UHGV virus genome: UHGV-0263858 | Length of the DNA stretch: 28,280 nt | Origin: a virus | Direction: 5' to 3' (one strand) | Shown here: piece by piece, positions 17,317-25,834 of the stretch | How positions within the stretch are numbered: the first letter of the stretch is position 1 | Layout of the letters: every line of letters starts with the position of its first letter | Notes under the pieces: model-generated | Databases searched by the model: none | Told to the model about the DNA's origin: nothing | The model's input: only the letters and a program-made list of their open reading frames with translations | Position numbers and translations under genes: made by a program

Positions 17317-18877
17317 CGCCTTTTTCTCCCGTTGTCTGTCGGATCTGCTGCTGAAACGTGTCCTTTATCCAGATGGGGCGGGGAAGACCCGCTGCCTGTC
17401 GCTCCTGGCTTTCACGCAGTTGCTGGCGGAAAATCTCCTGATAGTCATCGCCCATCAGGGCCAGCTCTTTCTCGTACGTGCTCAGGCCACCTTCAATACG
17501 CATCACCGCTTCCTGCACTTCCTTAAGGCCATCAATCGCCATGCGACCGGCACCAATCCACTCGGCACGACACCATCCGGAACGGGCCTCCCAGAATGAA
17601 AAACGGGATTTCGGCGGGCGGATCACACCGCGAATAAGCGCTTCCTCCAGCCAGCAGGCAAACATCTGTGATGCCAGCCGGCTGGCCACAAATTTTCGTT
17701 TGCCCATAAAATACCGCCACGACTCATTGGCGGATGCCCTGGCACTGGAATAACTGACCTGTGAATAATCACGGGAAAGCTGTTCATAGGACACCCCCAG
17801 TCCGGCAGCAATGTAACGTAACAGCGCCTTTTCCAGTTCAGAGAAACCATTATCTGCATTCTGCGCTGTCTGCAGATTCAGTGAATCCCCCGGATAAAGA
17901 TGTGGAATACGGACCCCGCCCAGCTTTACCGTATTGGTGGCGTAATAACGCGCGTAGCCTTTCATGATGGTGTTCAGGGGATTTTTACCGCCATCTCCCA
18001 CCCCGGCGATATATTCAAATGCTTTTTCCGAATCCAGCGTGGATTCAATCGTCGCGGCATACATCGCCCGCACCACCGCCGACTGCAGTTGCGTGGCCTG
18101 CAGTGTGTCGAGCATCTTGAGACGCTCCATGACAGAATAAAACTGGTTGGCCCCGCGCGTCTGCCCGTCCTCCTGCGGCTGAAACACATGGATCATTCCC
18201 GGTCGCCCGGAGGGCAGCGCCGCCGCAATCCGCGTCCAGTTGCTGACACCGTAACCTGGCCAGTCATCTTCCTGAACATGGTAGGCCAGTGCTTTTCCGT
18301 ACCGGTTGATTTCCACCCCGGCACGCATAAAACGATCGCCGGTACCATAACCGGGTGTACTGACACGTTTCGGGCTGATGGTCTTGAATTTCGTCCGGAA
18401 TAATGACGTGGATTCCGTATCCCATACGGGCTGGACAAAAATTTCACCGTTAAATGTATGAACGCCCACCCCTTCACGAATAAATTCGGTAAACGAGCGA
18501 CGCCCCTCCACATCCATCGAACCAAACACCGGATCGCAGAATTCCATCCACGCTGCCTCAACATCTTCAATAAAGACATGTGAATCGGCTTCCGACATCC
18601 CCAGCCAGCGCCAGTTGGGCCGGTAACTCAGACGAAACATGTGTCCGACGATATGGTCTTTATGAATTTCAACGGCGTTTGCGGCAATACCGTTATTGCG
18701 GACCAGATCATCCGCACGGGCGTTACCCAGCTGAATGGAAGGTAAGAGCGCCACGTCGGCACTTTCCGGTGCAGGCAGCCATTCCGCAAGCTGTCCGCCA
18801 AATCCGGTACCCCCTCCGGAATACCCCATACTCTGCCGCAGTGGCTGCCCGTGAAGATCCACCAGTTCCCCGTTCAC
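17306..18877 (-). CDS. portal protein (lambda gpB-like)
   Basis: 523 aa with extensive identity to lambda B (GGGTGFGGQL, ARADDLVRNNG, FNGEIFVQ, YSVMERLKMLDTLQ, LGVSYEQLSRDY, RMAIDGLKEVQEAVM). The start appears to be GTG overlapping the W-like stop. Confidence 0.92.
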   Translation of the reverse strand: MNGELVDLHGQPLRQSMGYSGGGTGFGGQLAEWLPAPESADVALLPSIQLGNARADDLVRNNGIAANAVEIHKDHIVGHMFRLSYRPNWRWLGMSEADSHVFIEDVEAAWMEFCDPVFGSMDVEGRRSFTEFIREGVGVHTFNGEIFVQPVWDTESTSLFRTKFKTISPKRVSTPGYGTGDRFMRAGVEINRYGKALAYHVQEDDWPGYGVSNWTRIAAALPSGRPGMIHVFQPQEDGQTRGANQFYSVMERLKMLDTLQATQLQSAVVRAMYAATIESTLDSEKAFEYIAGVGDGGKNPLNTIMKGYARYYATNTVKLGGVRIPHLYPGDSLNLQTAQNADNGFSELEKALLRYIAAGLGVSYEQLSRDYSQVSYSSARASANESWRYFMGKRKFVASRLASQMFACWLEEALIRGVIRPPKSRFSFWEARSGWCRAEWIGAGRMAIDGLKEVQEAVMRIEGGLSTYEKELALMGDDYQEIFRQQLRESQERQAAGLPRPIWIKDTFQQQIRQTTGEKGDAS

Positions 18878-19083
18878 AGCCCCACTCCTGCCGGGCCGCG
18901 ACGCCGTCCGGATACACCCAGCGCACTTTCCAGCTCTTCAATATACTGACGCAGTTCACCAATCGTCGCCCGCGAATACTGAACCTGACGCCCGTCCTTG
19001 CTGACGGAAACCACAGCACGTCCGATCATCAGTTCATGTAATGCCCGGCGGGCATCACAAAGCATTTCATGCGTATAAACCAT
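18874..19083 (-). CDS. head-tail joining protein (lambda gpW-like)
   Basis: 69 aa. ARRALHELM...KDGRQVQY...RRRGPAG matches lambda W. SD GGAGG upstream. Confidence 0.85.
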   Translation of the reverse strand: MVYTHEMLCDARRALHELMIGRAVVSVSKDGRQVQYSRATIGELRQYIEELESALGVSGRRRGPAGVGL

Positions 19084-19086
19084 TCT

Positions 19087-21003
19087 TTATCCTCCACTCA
19101 GTGCAGCCGCGATTTCTTCCAGACTCATCTCATCGTCGTCCTGCTCATCTCTTCTGGCACGGGCCAGAGCTTCAAGATCCAGCTGCCACCGCTGAACTGA
19201 AATACGCAGGGCAGCATAGGCATATACCAGGCAGTCGAGGGCTTCGTTGCGTCGCCCTTTTTTATCCCACAGCAGTTTCACCCTGCCATTAACCACCTTC
19301 TCCACCAGCTCTTCCGCCACGATCTGACGCGCCTCTTCTTCCGAAAAAATGTCGGGGTTATCCGGAAAACGGAAGGTGTACGGGGCGGCTTCACTGGCAG
19401 AGACCACTGGCAGGGCAAAACGGGCGTACAGCATTTCCTTGACGGTATCGGAGCCCACCTCACACAAAAACACACCACGCTGGTTGCGCTTTTTGGGCAT
19501 GGTGATCACCGGCTTGCCGTACACCGATGCCCCTTTTATGGGAAGCACAAAAAAAGTGCCGTGTTTCCTTGAACGCTGATACACAATGTCCTGGTCGATA
19601 CCACCGGTATCCCAGCAGACACGGGAAATGGAAATTTCAGTACCGTCAGCATGACGATATTTTTTCCGGATCACCGTATCAACACGTTTAAGGGTGTCCT
19701 CGTCTTCCGGTCGCCCCATGATAATTTGCTTATCAATCAGAAAGGCTTCTTCGCCGGGAGCCCAGCCCCAGACATAAATTTCATAGCGATCTTTCTGGGA
19801 GTCGATCCCGGCAGTCAGGTAAACCACCCGCAGGGGAACCTGCGCGCCATAGTGGCAGACCTTTTCCAGTAACAACTCAAAGCTCAGTTTTTCTGCCACA
19901 GCCTCTTCATAGGGCTCCCCGAGCGTGGTGTTAATAAACGTCTTGACGCCGTTCGGGTCCTTCAGCGCATCCAGCCAGTCGTAGACAATCTGCACCCAGG
20001 TGGTGAATGGACTGTACGCCGTCCAGATGTGGTACGAAATTGAGCGCGGTGGCGGTATCTCCTCATCACCGGCGCTGTAAAATGTCAGGCCATCACGCGT
20101 CCACATCCCGGTATTGTCACAAATCCAGCGTCCGTCGGTCTGGTCAAGTTCCGACTGCCGGATCACACAGCCATTATGTTCACACAGGTAATACACCGTT
20201 TCCGGTTTACCCTTCTCCCATTTCAGGCCAGACGGCGTCGCATCATCGCCAAACTTCAGATACTGGGCCTCCCCGCAATGAGGGCAAGGGACATAAAACC
20301 GCATGAAATGCGCAGATTCATTCGCGGCTTTCTCAATCTGGCAGGAACCTTTGATTTTTGGCGTTGAGCCACGTATGGATTTAGGCCATACCGAGCCTTC
20401 GATACGTTTATCACCAAGCAGCGTCGGCGAGCCTTCTTTTTCCACATCCGGTTCAAACGAGGAGAGTTCGTCATAGCAGACCACATCCACAGATTTTTCA
20501 CGGTAGTTTTTAGCTGCGGCACCGCCCAGGCACCAGAACCCCACACCGGAGGAAAAACGCTTCAGGGTGAGTGTATTATCGCGGTGTTTTCTTCCGAACC
20601 ATGGAGCCAGCTCCAGCAATGCAGGGACATCCCTGATCGTTGGCTCAACATGAGATTTCATGAAATCTTCTGCCGCAGAATCTGTTGGCTGAAAAAGCAG
20701 ACTGTTACGGGATTTATGCTCAATAAAATAAGCCTCCACCCCCAACAGCATTTTGGTGTAACCAACGCGCGCCGATTTAATCAGATTAACGGTGCGGATC
20801 CGGTCATTTCCCATGCTGTTCATAATGGCAACCTGAAACGGCAGGGTTTCCCATTGTCCGGGAGTGTATGAAGATTCTTTCGGCAGATAATAATGTTGAT
20901 CAGCCCACTGAACCGTCGTCAGTGGAACCGGAATATTGAGAGATAAAAGCCCTGTAGCTATCGCACCGGCTGCATTAGCTGCCTTCTGTGCGTCTGAAAT
21001 CAT
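19087..21003 (-). CDS. terminase large subunit (lambda gpA-like)
   Basis: Identity to lambda A along the whole length ([25 protein letters not shown](T/S)[111 protein letters not shown]). Start set at ATG 21003 (SD AGGTGG); the ORF track extends to 21045. Confidence 0.93.
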   Translation of the reverse strand: MISDAQKAANAAGAIATGLLSLNIPVPLTTVQWADQHYYLPKESSYTPGQWETLPFQVAIMNSMGNDRIRTVNLIKSARVGYTKMLLGVEAYFIEHKSRNSLLFQPTDSAAEDFMKSHVEPTIRDVPALLELAPWFGRKHRDNTLTLKRFSSGVGFWCLGGAAAKNYREKSVDVVCYDELSSFEPDVEKEGSPTLLGDKRIEGSVWPKSIRGSTPKIKGSCQIEKAANESAHFMRFYVPCPHCGEAQYLKFGDDATPSGLKWEKGKPETVYYLCEHNGCVIRQSELDQTDGRWICDNTGMWTRDGLTFYSAGDEEIPPPRSISYHIWTAYSPFTTWVQIVYDWLDALKDPNGVKTFINTTLGEPYEEAVAEKLSFELLLEKVCHYGAQVPLRVVYLTAGIDSQKDRYEIYVWGWAPGEEAFLIDKQIIMGRPEDEDTLKRVDTVIRKKYRHADGTEISISRVCWDTGGIDQDIVYQRSRKHGTFFVLPIKGASVYGKPVITMPKKRNQRGVFLCEVGSDTVKEMLYARFALPVVSASEAAPYTFRFPDNPDIFSEEEARQIVAEELVEKVVNGRVKLLWDKKGRRNEALDCLVYAYAALRISVQRWQLDLEALARARRDEQDDDEMSLEEIAAALSGG

Positions 21004-21523
21004 CAATCCACCTGCCCACGTTTTCACCGGCGTTAGCTGCAACATTGGAGGCTTTCGCGATTTCAGTTTTCACCGCATCAAGGTGTGACGGTGAAATATC
21101 CGGATATTTACGCTGTAATGTCAGCGGCACACGTACAAGTATCCCCGAAATCTCCTGTGCCACACGTTGCAGAATGAAGGTAAACAATTCCGTTTCCAGC
21201 ACCAGCCCTTCTTCACGGGCATTTTTCAGCTCCTGTGCGTCAGCCTGTGCTTTGGTGAGCCGGTAGCGTTCATAGTCAATGGTGCCGGGTTGTAAATCTG
21301 ATTCTGCAGCCGCACGCAAATCTTCCAGTTCTTTGCGGAGCTTTTCGTTTTCGATATCAGTTTCTCTCTGCGCGTACCACTGAATTGCCATCGCGGTATC
21401 AAACACCGATTCAACACCCTTGCTACCTCCGGAGACGCAAGATAGCCCCTGAGACTGCCAGCGTTCAATCGTTCGCGGATCCACGTTGAAAATTTCAGCA
21501 AGTTTCTTTTTGTTAACTTTCAC
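20975..21523 (-). CDS. terminase small subunit (lambda gpNu1-like)
   Basis: [25 protein letters not shown]...[48 protein letters not shown] matches lambda Nu1. Start is probably GTG at 21523; the ORF track begins at TTG 21541. Confidence 0.85.
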   Translation of the reverse strand: MKVNKKKLAEIFNVDPRTIERWQSQGLSCVSGGSKGVESVFDTAMAIQWYAQRETDIENEKLRKELEDLRAAAESDLQPGTIDYERYRLTKAQADAQELKNAREEGLVLETELFTFILQRVAQEISGILVRVPLTLQRKYPDISPSHLDAVKTEIAKASNVAANAGENVGRWIDDFRRTEGS

Positions 21524-21547
21524 AATACATTTCTCTATCAAATACAG

Positions 21548-21602
21548 GGTCCGACATGAAAACGCTTAAAATGCCCTTTTTCGGGTGTTTTCATGTCGGA
21601 CC
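21548..21602. repeat. 16-bp perfect inverted repeat (GGTCCGACATGAAAAC ... GTTTTCATGTCGGACC) with 23-nt spacer, just upstream of Nu1
   Basis: Read directly; followed by TTTTACT on the plus strand. It lies where a cos/terminase-binding region would be expected, but cosN itself is not identified. Confidence 0.4.
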
Positions 21603-21884
21603 TTTTACTGATGTGATATCAGAAAAAACAAATAGTTATGCGCGAGAAGTACCGACATGCTTTTTCCTGAAAAATTTTCATAAATAGCGCGTTTTTGCGC
21701 GTGCTATGACCCCCGGTGTTTCAGATTTCAGAAAGGACCCGCACAAGTGAGAGCATTTATCATTAACATTTACAGATAAGATGACGCACGTCATTGAAAC
21801 ACCATTCAGTCCTATACCGGCAGCATCCGTTGTTGCACTCCGTAACTCTGCTACTAAGGTTAAAAGCATGGCCATCTTTTGCCA

Positions 21885-21926
21885 CCGGCAAATCTTCAAT
21901 GGATTTCCCCTGCCGGTTTTTTATTT
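21885..21926 (+). terminator. plus-strand intrinsic terminator-like hairpin (CCGGCA ... TGCCGG then T6)
   Basis: Stem 21885-21890 with 21911-21916, then TTTTTTATTTTCG. There is no convincing plus-strand CDS upstream, so it may end a small RNA or antisense transcript. Confidence 0.35.
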
Positions 21927-22107
21927 TCGTCGATGCGTAACATTGCATTCACATCAAGAGCAGCTATTGTCATTAGTATGTTGCATCAATGCATGGGTGG
22001 TATTGGCGGTCTTCGCCGGCCGGTTCTGTGTAGCTGCTCCCTGTGACCGGTTTTTTATTTCTCACATTACAGCATCCCCTCAGAGTGAAGGGCTGCTGTA
22101 ATGTCTG

Positions 22108-22407
22108 TTACTCAGTAACTACCGCACCTTCCGGTAATTCCATACCGGCAAATACCGGACAACCAGGATGACGATCAGCTTCTGTTGCTTCCAGCATTGA
22201 CTCACCAAACCACTCCGTCGTGGCACGACCATCAGCTGCTTTGTAGTGGATCAAGTACTGGTTTTCGCCATCCGCATACTGCGCACGGGCTTTAACCTCA
22301 CCCCATTCATCACTGATGCGCATCTCCACCAGTTGAGACAACTCAAACTTAAACGGAGCAGCATCAGCACCAATTACAATCGGTTTGTTTTCTGTTGTTT
22401 CCATCAT
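22108..22407 (-). CDS. hypothetical acidic protein (99 aa)
   Basis: ATG-ATG start at 22407 with SD CAGGAG. Followed by a 10-bp inverted repeat (CATTACAGCA / TGCTGTAATG, 22065-22103). Family not recognised. Confidence 0.55.
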   Translation of the reverse strand: MMETTENKPIVIGADAAPFKFELSQLVEMRISDEWGEVKARAQYADGENQYLIHYKAADGRATTEWFGESMLEATEADRHPGCPVFAGMELPEGAVVTE

Positions 22408-22492
22408 CGTCTCCTGATATCTAATCCCGCCGCCGCACCGGGCGGTGGCGCACCCTTCATTTTTCAGCAAAATATTCTGCTCTTACAGACGA

Positions 22493-22675
22493 TCAGTTCT
22501 GCACACACCGTCGAACGCCATCAATAAGCTGACAGACCTGAGACGCGGTATCGAAAAGCTGGCGCGCCTTATCCAGGCTGACGCATCCCACCAATAAAAA
22601 AGGCACCAGTATCGCTACCAGTGCCCATTTCGCCGCCACTCGCGGTATTCTGTGTGTCCAGTGTTTTCGGCTCAT
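22493..22675 (-). CDS. small lipoprotein (60 aa; signal peptide with lipobox L-V-G-C)
   Basis: MSRKHWTHRIPRVAAKWALVAILVPFLLVGCVS... The mature part of about 30 aa has two further Cys and is not Pro-rich, unlike Rz1-type o-spanins. ATG lies 1 nt after the upstream ORF stop. Confidence 0.5.
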   Translation of the reverse strand: MSRKHWTHRIPRVAAKWALVAILVPFLLVGCVSLDKARQLFDTASQVCQLIDGVRRCVQN

Positions 22676-22676
22676 G

Positions 22677-22763
22677 TCACCACCAACGCACAGCCCAAAT
22701 CAGAACAGCGACCGCCACAAGGCGGATTGCAAAGGCCGTTGCCCGAATAAAATCAGCACTCAT
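22677..22763 (-). CDS. putative 28-aa hydrophobic peptide
   Basis: MSADFIRATAFAIRLVAVAVLIWAVRWW. The ATG overlaps the stop of the upstream ORF (ATGA). Below the ORF-track size cutoff and could be non-coding. Confidence 0.3.
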   Translation of the reverse strand: MSADFIRATAFAIRLVAVAVLIWAVRWW

Positions 22764-22957
22764 CTGTTTAAATAAATTGTTGTGTATGCAACCAGTGCAG
22801 TACAAATAATCCATGCAACTGGCGTCAGTATATGTCTGATGCCCCGGCATACCGCGATGTTTTTTGCGGCATCATCAGCCCCCTGCGGGGTGGTTTCTGC
22901 TTTTATCATCAGATCATCTCCAAATTTATCTTTCGTCGTGTTAGGCTTTACTGGCAT
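22760..22957 (-). CDS. small tail-anchored membrane protein (65 aa)
   Basis: Start chosen at ATG 22957 (MPVKPNTTKDKF..., SD GGGGA); the ORF track extends to 22999 inside the terminator hairpin. Has a C-terminal hydrophobic segment WIICTALVAYTTIYL. Confidence 0.45.
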   Translation of the reverse strand: MPVKPNTTKDKFGDDLMIKAETTPQGADDAAKNIAVCRGIRHILTPVAWIICTALVAYTTIYLNR

Positions 22958-23001
22958 GAATGATCCCCATGCACATTCACAAAATGAATCCATAAACACA
23001 A

Positions 23002-23040
23002 AGCCCCGATTGCTCCAACAACAACCGGGGCTTTGCTTTA
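23002..23040. terminator. hairpin terminator immediately after the endolysin gene
   Basis: Stem AGCCCCG / CGGGGCT (23002-23008 with 23026-23032) followed by T-rich sequence on both strands, 10 nt after the endolysin stop. Confidence 0.5.
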
Positions 23041-23041
23041 T

Positions 23042-23419
23042 TTATCGTTTCAACTGAAAGTGAGGCCCGTCTTTCAGTGTTTTCCAGTCCCCGCCCCATT
23101 CGATGGCTGTTCCCAGCTCTGCGGCAGCCTGCTTAAATGCCTGCGCGATTTTCTCGTACAGAGGCCAGTCCCATGACACCTGGCTGCCAACCCAGGCAAC
23201 AACATCCACCGCATCACCGGTCAGGTGGCGGCTGTTCATGGTCTGGCTTTTCCCTTCCGCGACCAGCTGTTTCTGGCGTTCTTTCGTGCGCAGCCCTTCC
23301 GTAATACCGAAATCAACCTCCGTCAGCTCCAGCGCACGGCGAACGACAGCAACCAGCTGTGGTTTAACGCCCTCCAGATTCTTTTCGCTGCGACGACTAA
23401 ATCTGAATTTACCCGACAT
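23042..23419 (-). CDS. endolysin, L-alanyl-D-glutamate peptidase (T5 Lys-like, peptidase M15 family)
   Basis: Start at ATG 23419 (SD GAGGTG). SEKNLEGVKPQLVAVVRRALELTEVDFGITEGLRT...HLTGDAVD matches T5 endolysin (SEKQLATVKPELQKVARRALELSPYDFTIVQGIRT...HITGDAID). Confidence 0.8.
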   Translation of the reverse strand: MSGKFRFSRRSEKNLEGVKPQLVAVVRRALELTEVDFGITEGLRTKERQKQLVAEGKSQTMNSRHLTGDAVDVVAWVGSQVSWDWPLYEKIAQAFKQAAAELGTAIEWGGDWKTLKDGPHFQLKR

Positions 23420-23421
23420 AT

Positions 23422-23697
23422 TCACCTCAACAATGGAAAGATTTTTGTGACGTTCCCGCGTGCGCGTATCACCAGCACGCAGAACAACAGATTAAAAAAC
23501 ACTTCCAGCCAGCCCGTTGCTAACGGGCGACCACACAGATAGCTGAGGGGCGCAAAGGCATACAGCAGTATCAGCAGCCAGGCCATCCATGACACCAGCG
23601 GTTTATGTCTGGAATCACGGCGACGATAAAAAAAGAGCGTCAGCACGATAATCGTGCATAACGCCACATTCAGCAATCCGGGAAGGTTACTTAACAT
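23422..23697 (-). CDS. membrane protein with three predicted TM segments (holin or antiholin candidate)
   Basis: Start at ATG 23697 with strong SD GGAGGAGG. 91 aa, three hydrophobic segments. Sits between the holin-like and endolysin genes. Confidence 0.55.
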   Translation of the reverse strand: MLSNLPGLLNVALCTIIVLTLFFYRRRDSRHKPLVSWMAWLLILLYAFAPLSYLCGRPLATGWLEVFFNLLFCVLVIRARGNVTKIFPLLR

Positions 23698-24079
23698 TGC
23701 CGCCTCCTCCACCCCGCAGGCGGGAGAACAAGCCGGACACCAGTGATGCGATATCCTGCTGGTGGATGAACGACAGAATCTTCACCGACACCACCGCCAC
23801 CAGCACCGCACACAGTGCATCCGCAGATGTACCGTCATAACCTGTTTTTGATGCAATCCAGGCTGACAGCACATGCGCACCCAGCACGCCAACGATAAAC
23901 GACACCAGAAAATGCGCCGCCACACGCCAGGCTGAAAGCGCCTGCGGCATCGTTGCCACAAATAACGCCCCGGCGAACGCCCCAAACACAATCCCGAAAT
24001 CCGTTCCGGTAAACAGCCCGAATACCGTCGCCCCGCCGAGCGCCGCAGCCGTACCGGAACCGGACAAGGGTTCAGACAT
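23687..24079 (-). CDS. holin-like membrane protein (Gly/Ala-rich TM segments)
   Basis: Start at ATG 24079 (MSEPLSGSG, SD GGAGAAAAAG), not the ORF-track start at 24229. 130 aa with three or four TM segments; first gene of the lysis cassette. Confidence 0.55.
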   Translation of the reverse strand: MSEPLSGSGTAAALGGATVFGLFTGTDFGIVFGAFAGALFVATMPQALSAWRVAAHFLVSFIVGVLGAHVLSAWIASKTGYDGTSADALCAVLVAVVSVKILSFIHQQDIASLVSGLFSRLRGGGGGNVK

Positions 24080-24096
24080 ACTTTTTCTCCTGTAAA

Positions 24097-24128
24097 TAAA
24101 AAAGGGCCACCAGCGGCCCATAAAAAAA
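24097..24128. terminator. hairpin (GGGCC-ACCAGC-GGCCC) flanked by A-run and T-run, immediately upstream of the holin-like gene
   Basis: Read directly. On the minus strand the hairpin is followed by TTTTTTATTT and then the holin SD. Confidence 0.45.
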
Positions 24129-24167
24129 CACCCGTCAAAGGCACCCACAGATACCTTTTGTGTGGTG

Positions 24168-24320
24168 TTATTCAGATTTACGCAGTAAAGGCCAGAGTAC
24201 GGCCAACGCCATCGCCACCAGCACACCATCTGCCAGCACCGACATCAGCCGTCCGGTGAAATCCACCGCCACTACCAGAAACAGCAGGACGGCAGCCAGC
24301 ACAAGGCGCGCACTTTTCAC
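24168..24320 (-). CDS. putative small two-TM protein (50 aa), GTG start overlapping the TerB-like stop
   Basis: Manual translation VKSARLVLAAVLLFLVVAVDFTGRLMSVLADGVLVAMALAVLWPLLRKSE with GTGA overlap. Could instead be a non-coding leader. Confidence 0.3.
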   Translation of the reverse strand: MKSARLVLAAVLLFLVVAVDFTGRLMSVLADGVLVAMALAVLWPLLRKSE

Positions 24321-24742
24321 AGGTACTGCTCCAGCGGCAACTGCAGCGCCTGAGCAATTTTCTTGAGCTGCGCTTCTTCATCCGGACCAATGCCGTCCTG
24401 GTCAGCAATATCGAGACACAGGCACAGCACATCAACCGCTTCGGCGGTTCCTGCCACATCAGCCAGTTCACGTAAAGCCTGAGCATTCGCACTACGAGGT
24501 GACGCTTCATAACGGGCGCGGATATTTGCACTCATTTGTGCAATCTCACCGGAGAACGGCGCAAAGGCAGGAAGTGCTGCAATGGTTTTTTCCAGTACAG
24601 CGATTTCTTTCGCATCACAGGTGTCGTCGGCGAATGCTATGGAATACGCGCCCCAGACGGTCGCCTCCACTGCGTCGCGGTTCTCCATCTTCTTAACTTC
24701 GGTAATGGCCTTGCGGGTTTTCTTTTTGAAAATACCAAACAT
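24317..24742 (-). CDS. TerB-like (tellurite-resistance TerB family) protein
   Basis: Start at ATG 24742 (MFGIFKK, SD AAGGAAAA). 141 aa; the architecture and C-terminal DGIGPDEEAQLKKIAQALQL resemble TerB (DGNFDDDEKSAVREIARSLGF). Confidence 0.5.
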   Translation of the reverse strand: MFGIFKKKTRKAITEVKKMENRDAVEATVWGAYSIAFADDTCDAKEIAVLEKTIAALPAFAPFSGEIAQMSANIRARYEASPRSANAQALRELADVAGTAEAVDVLCLCLDIADQDGIGPDEEAQLKKIAQALQLPLEQYL

Positions 24743-24880
24743 CGTGACTTTTCCTTTTAGTGGGTGAGCCTCGCCCCGGGATGAGCAGCCCACAGAGAAA
24801 GTCACACTGACCATCCCGTAAGCTCACCCCTGAAAGGCTCTGTGGTTTTTTTGATGTGCGCCGGGCGTGGCGCGGAAATA

Positions 24881-24903
24881 AAAAAGGCCCGCCGTAGCGA
24901 GCC
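24881..24903 (-). terminator. intrinsic terminator (first of a tandem pair downstream of the tRNA cluster)
   Basis: Minus-strand stem GGCTCGC / GCGGGCC with one G-U pair and loop TACG, followed by TTTTTT. Confidence 0.45.
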
Positions 24904-24925
24904 GCATAAATACTGAATTCTGAAT

Positions 24926-24950
24926 AAAAAAAAACCGCCTGGCGTGGCGG
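24926..24950 (-). terminator. intrinsic terminator (second of the tandem pair)
   Basis: Minus-strand hairpin CCGCC-ACGCCA-GGCGG followed by T9. Confidence 0.6.
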
Positions 24951-25110
24951 TCTATGGCATAAAATGGCATGAAGAGAACGCGATGATTTTATTATGACCA
25001 GAGACGTCGGATATCTTCCGATGCATATACTTCTGAATGGACACTATCGTTTTCCGCTCATGGATTTTTTTAATCTATCTTCGCATCGACGAGTACTCCT
25101 GGGTATTATT

Positions 25111-25191
25111 TACAATACCGGAATGGTGCATCATCGGCCCCGCAAGGAAACATAAAAACCTCTGACGATAATGCACCATTCCAATACTGTA
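25111..25191. repeat. long inverted repeat (perfect 12-bp core GGAATGGTGCAT / ATGCACCATTCC, imperfect extension to about 20 bp)
   Basis: Core arms at 25120-25131 and 25171-25182, read directly; flanked by TACTGTAA direct repeats (25191-25220). Confidence 0.5.
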
Positions 25192-25308
25192 AAAATGGCA
25201 CCGGTACTGTAATCACATCTTCATATTACAGAACAGGACGGGTTAAATCGTTAGGGTAAACGTCCCACCAATAAAGTGCGGTGCCTAAAAACAGTTTAAC
25301 ACTTTCGC

Positions 25309-25383
<75 letters not shown>

Positions 25384-25499
25384 ATCCTGGAACTCGGCTA
25401 CCTGATTTTCATTCTGCACTGAATATCGAGAGAAGCTCTCTTTATTCGAGCCGGTAAGCGAACTTATCGTCTCGGGCTACGCCATCGCGTGGCCGAAAT

Positions 25500-25584
<85 letters not shown>

Positions 25585-25592
25585 GGACTTGA

Positions 25593-25668
<76 letters not shown>

Positions 25669-25834
25669 GTTGGCCCTTCGGGGGAGCGATATCATCCATG
25701 AAGAGGAGTTCCCCTCAGAACCGCTGCGAATAATAATGAGGGCAGTTATTTTTTCAATAAAAAATAATGTTATTATGTGTAAATATACGCATAGATTTTT
25801 ATTATTTGCAAAATAAAGCAATGCACAAGTACAT
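25669..25834 (-). promoter_or_regulatory. AT-rich upstream region of the tRNA cluster (probable promoter with UP-element-like sequence)
   Basis: A markedly AT-rich 160-bp stretch lies directly 5' of tRNA-Thr, with a GC-rich discriminator-like CGCTCCCCC next to the tRNA start. The -10 and -35 hexamers are not confidently placed. Confidence 0.35.

Noticed and set aside
21003-21045. Longer start for terminase large subunit at 21045 and TTG start for Nu1 at 21541
   Set aside because: Upstream sequences lack SD sites; ATG 21003 and GTG 21523 have better SD spacing and reproduce lambda A and Nu1 N-terminal lengths. Uncertainty remains.
21781-22101. 106-aa plus-strand ORF in the region between the lysis genes and terminase
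   Set aside because: No SD, runs through hairpin/terminator structures, hydrophobic low-complexity translation; more likely non-coding regulatory sequence.
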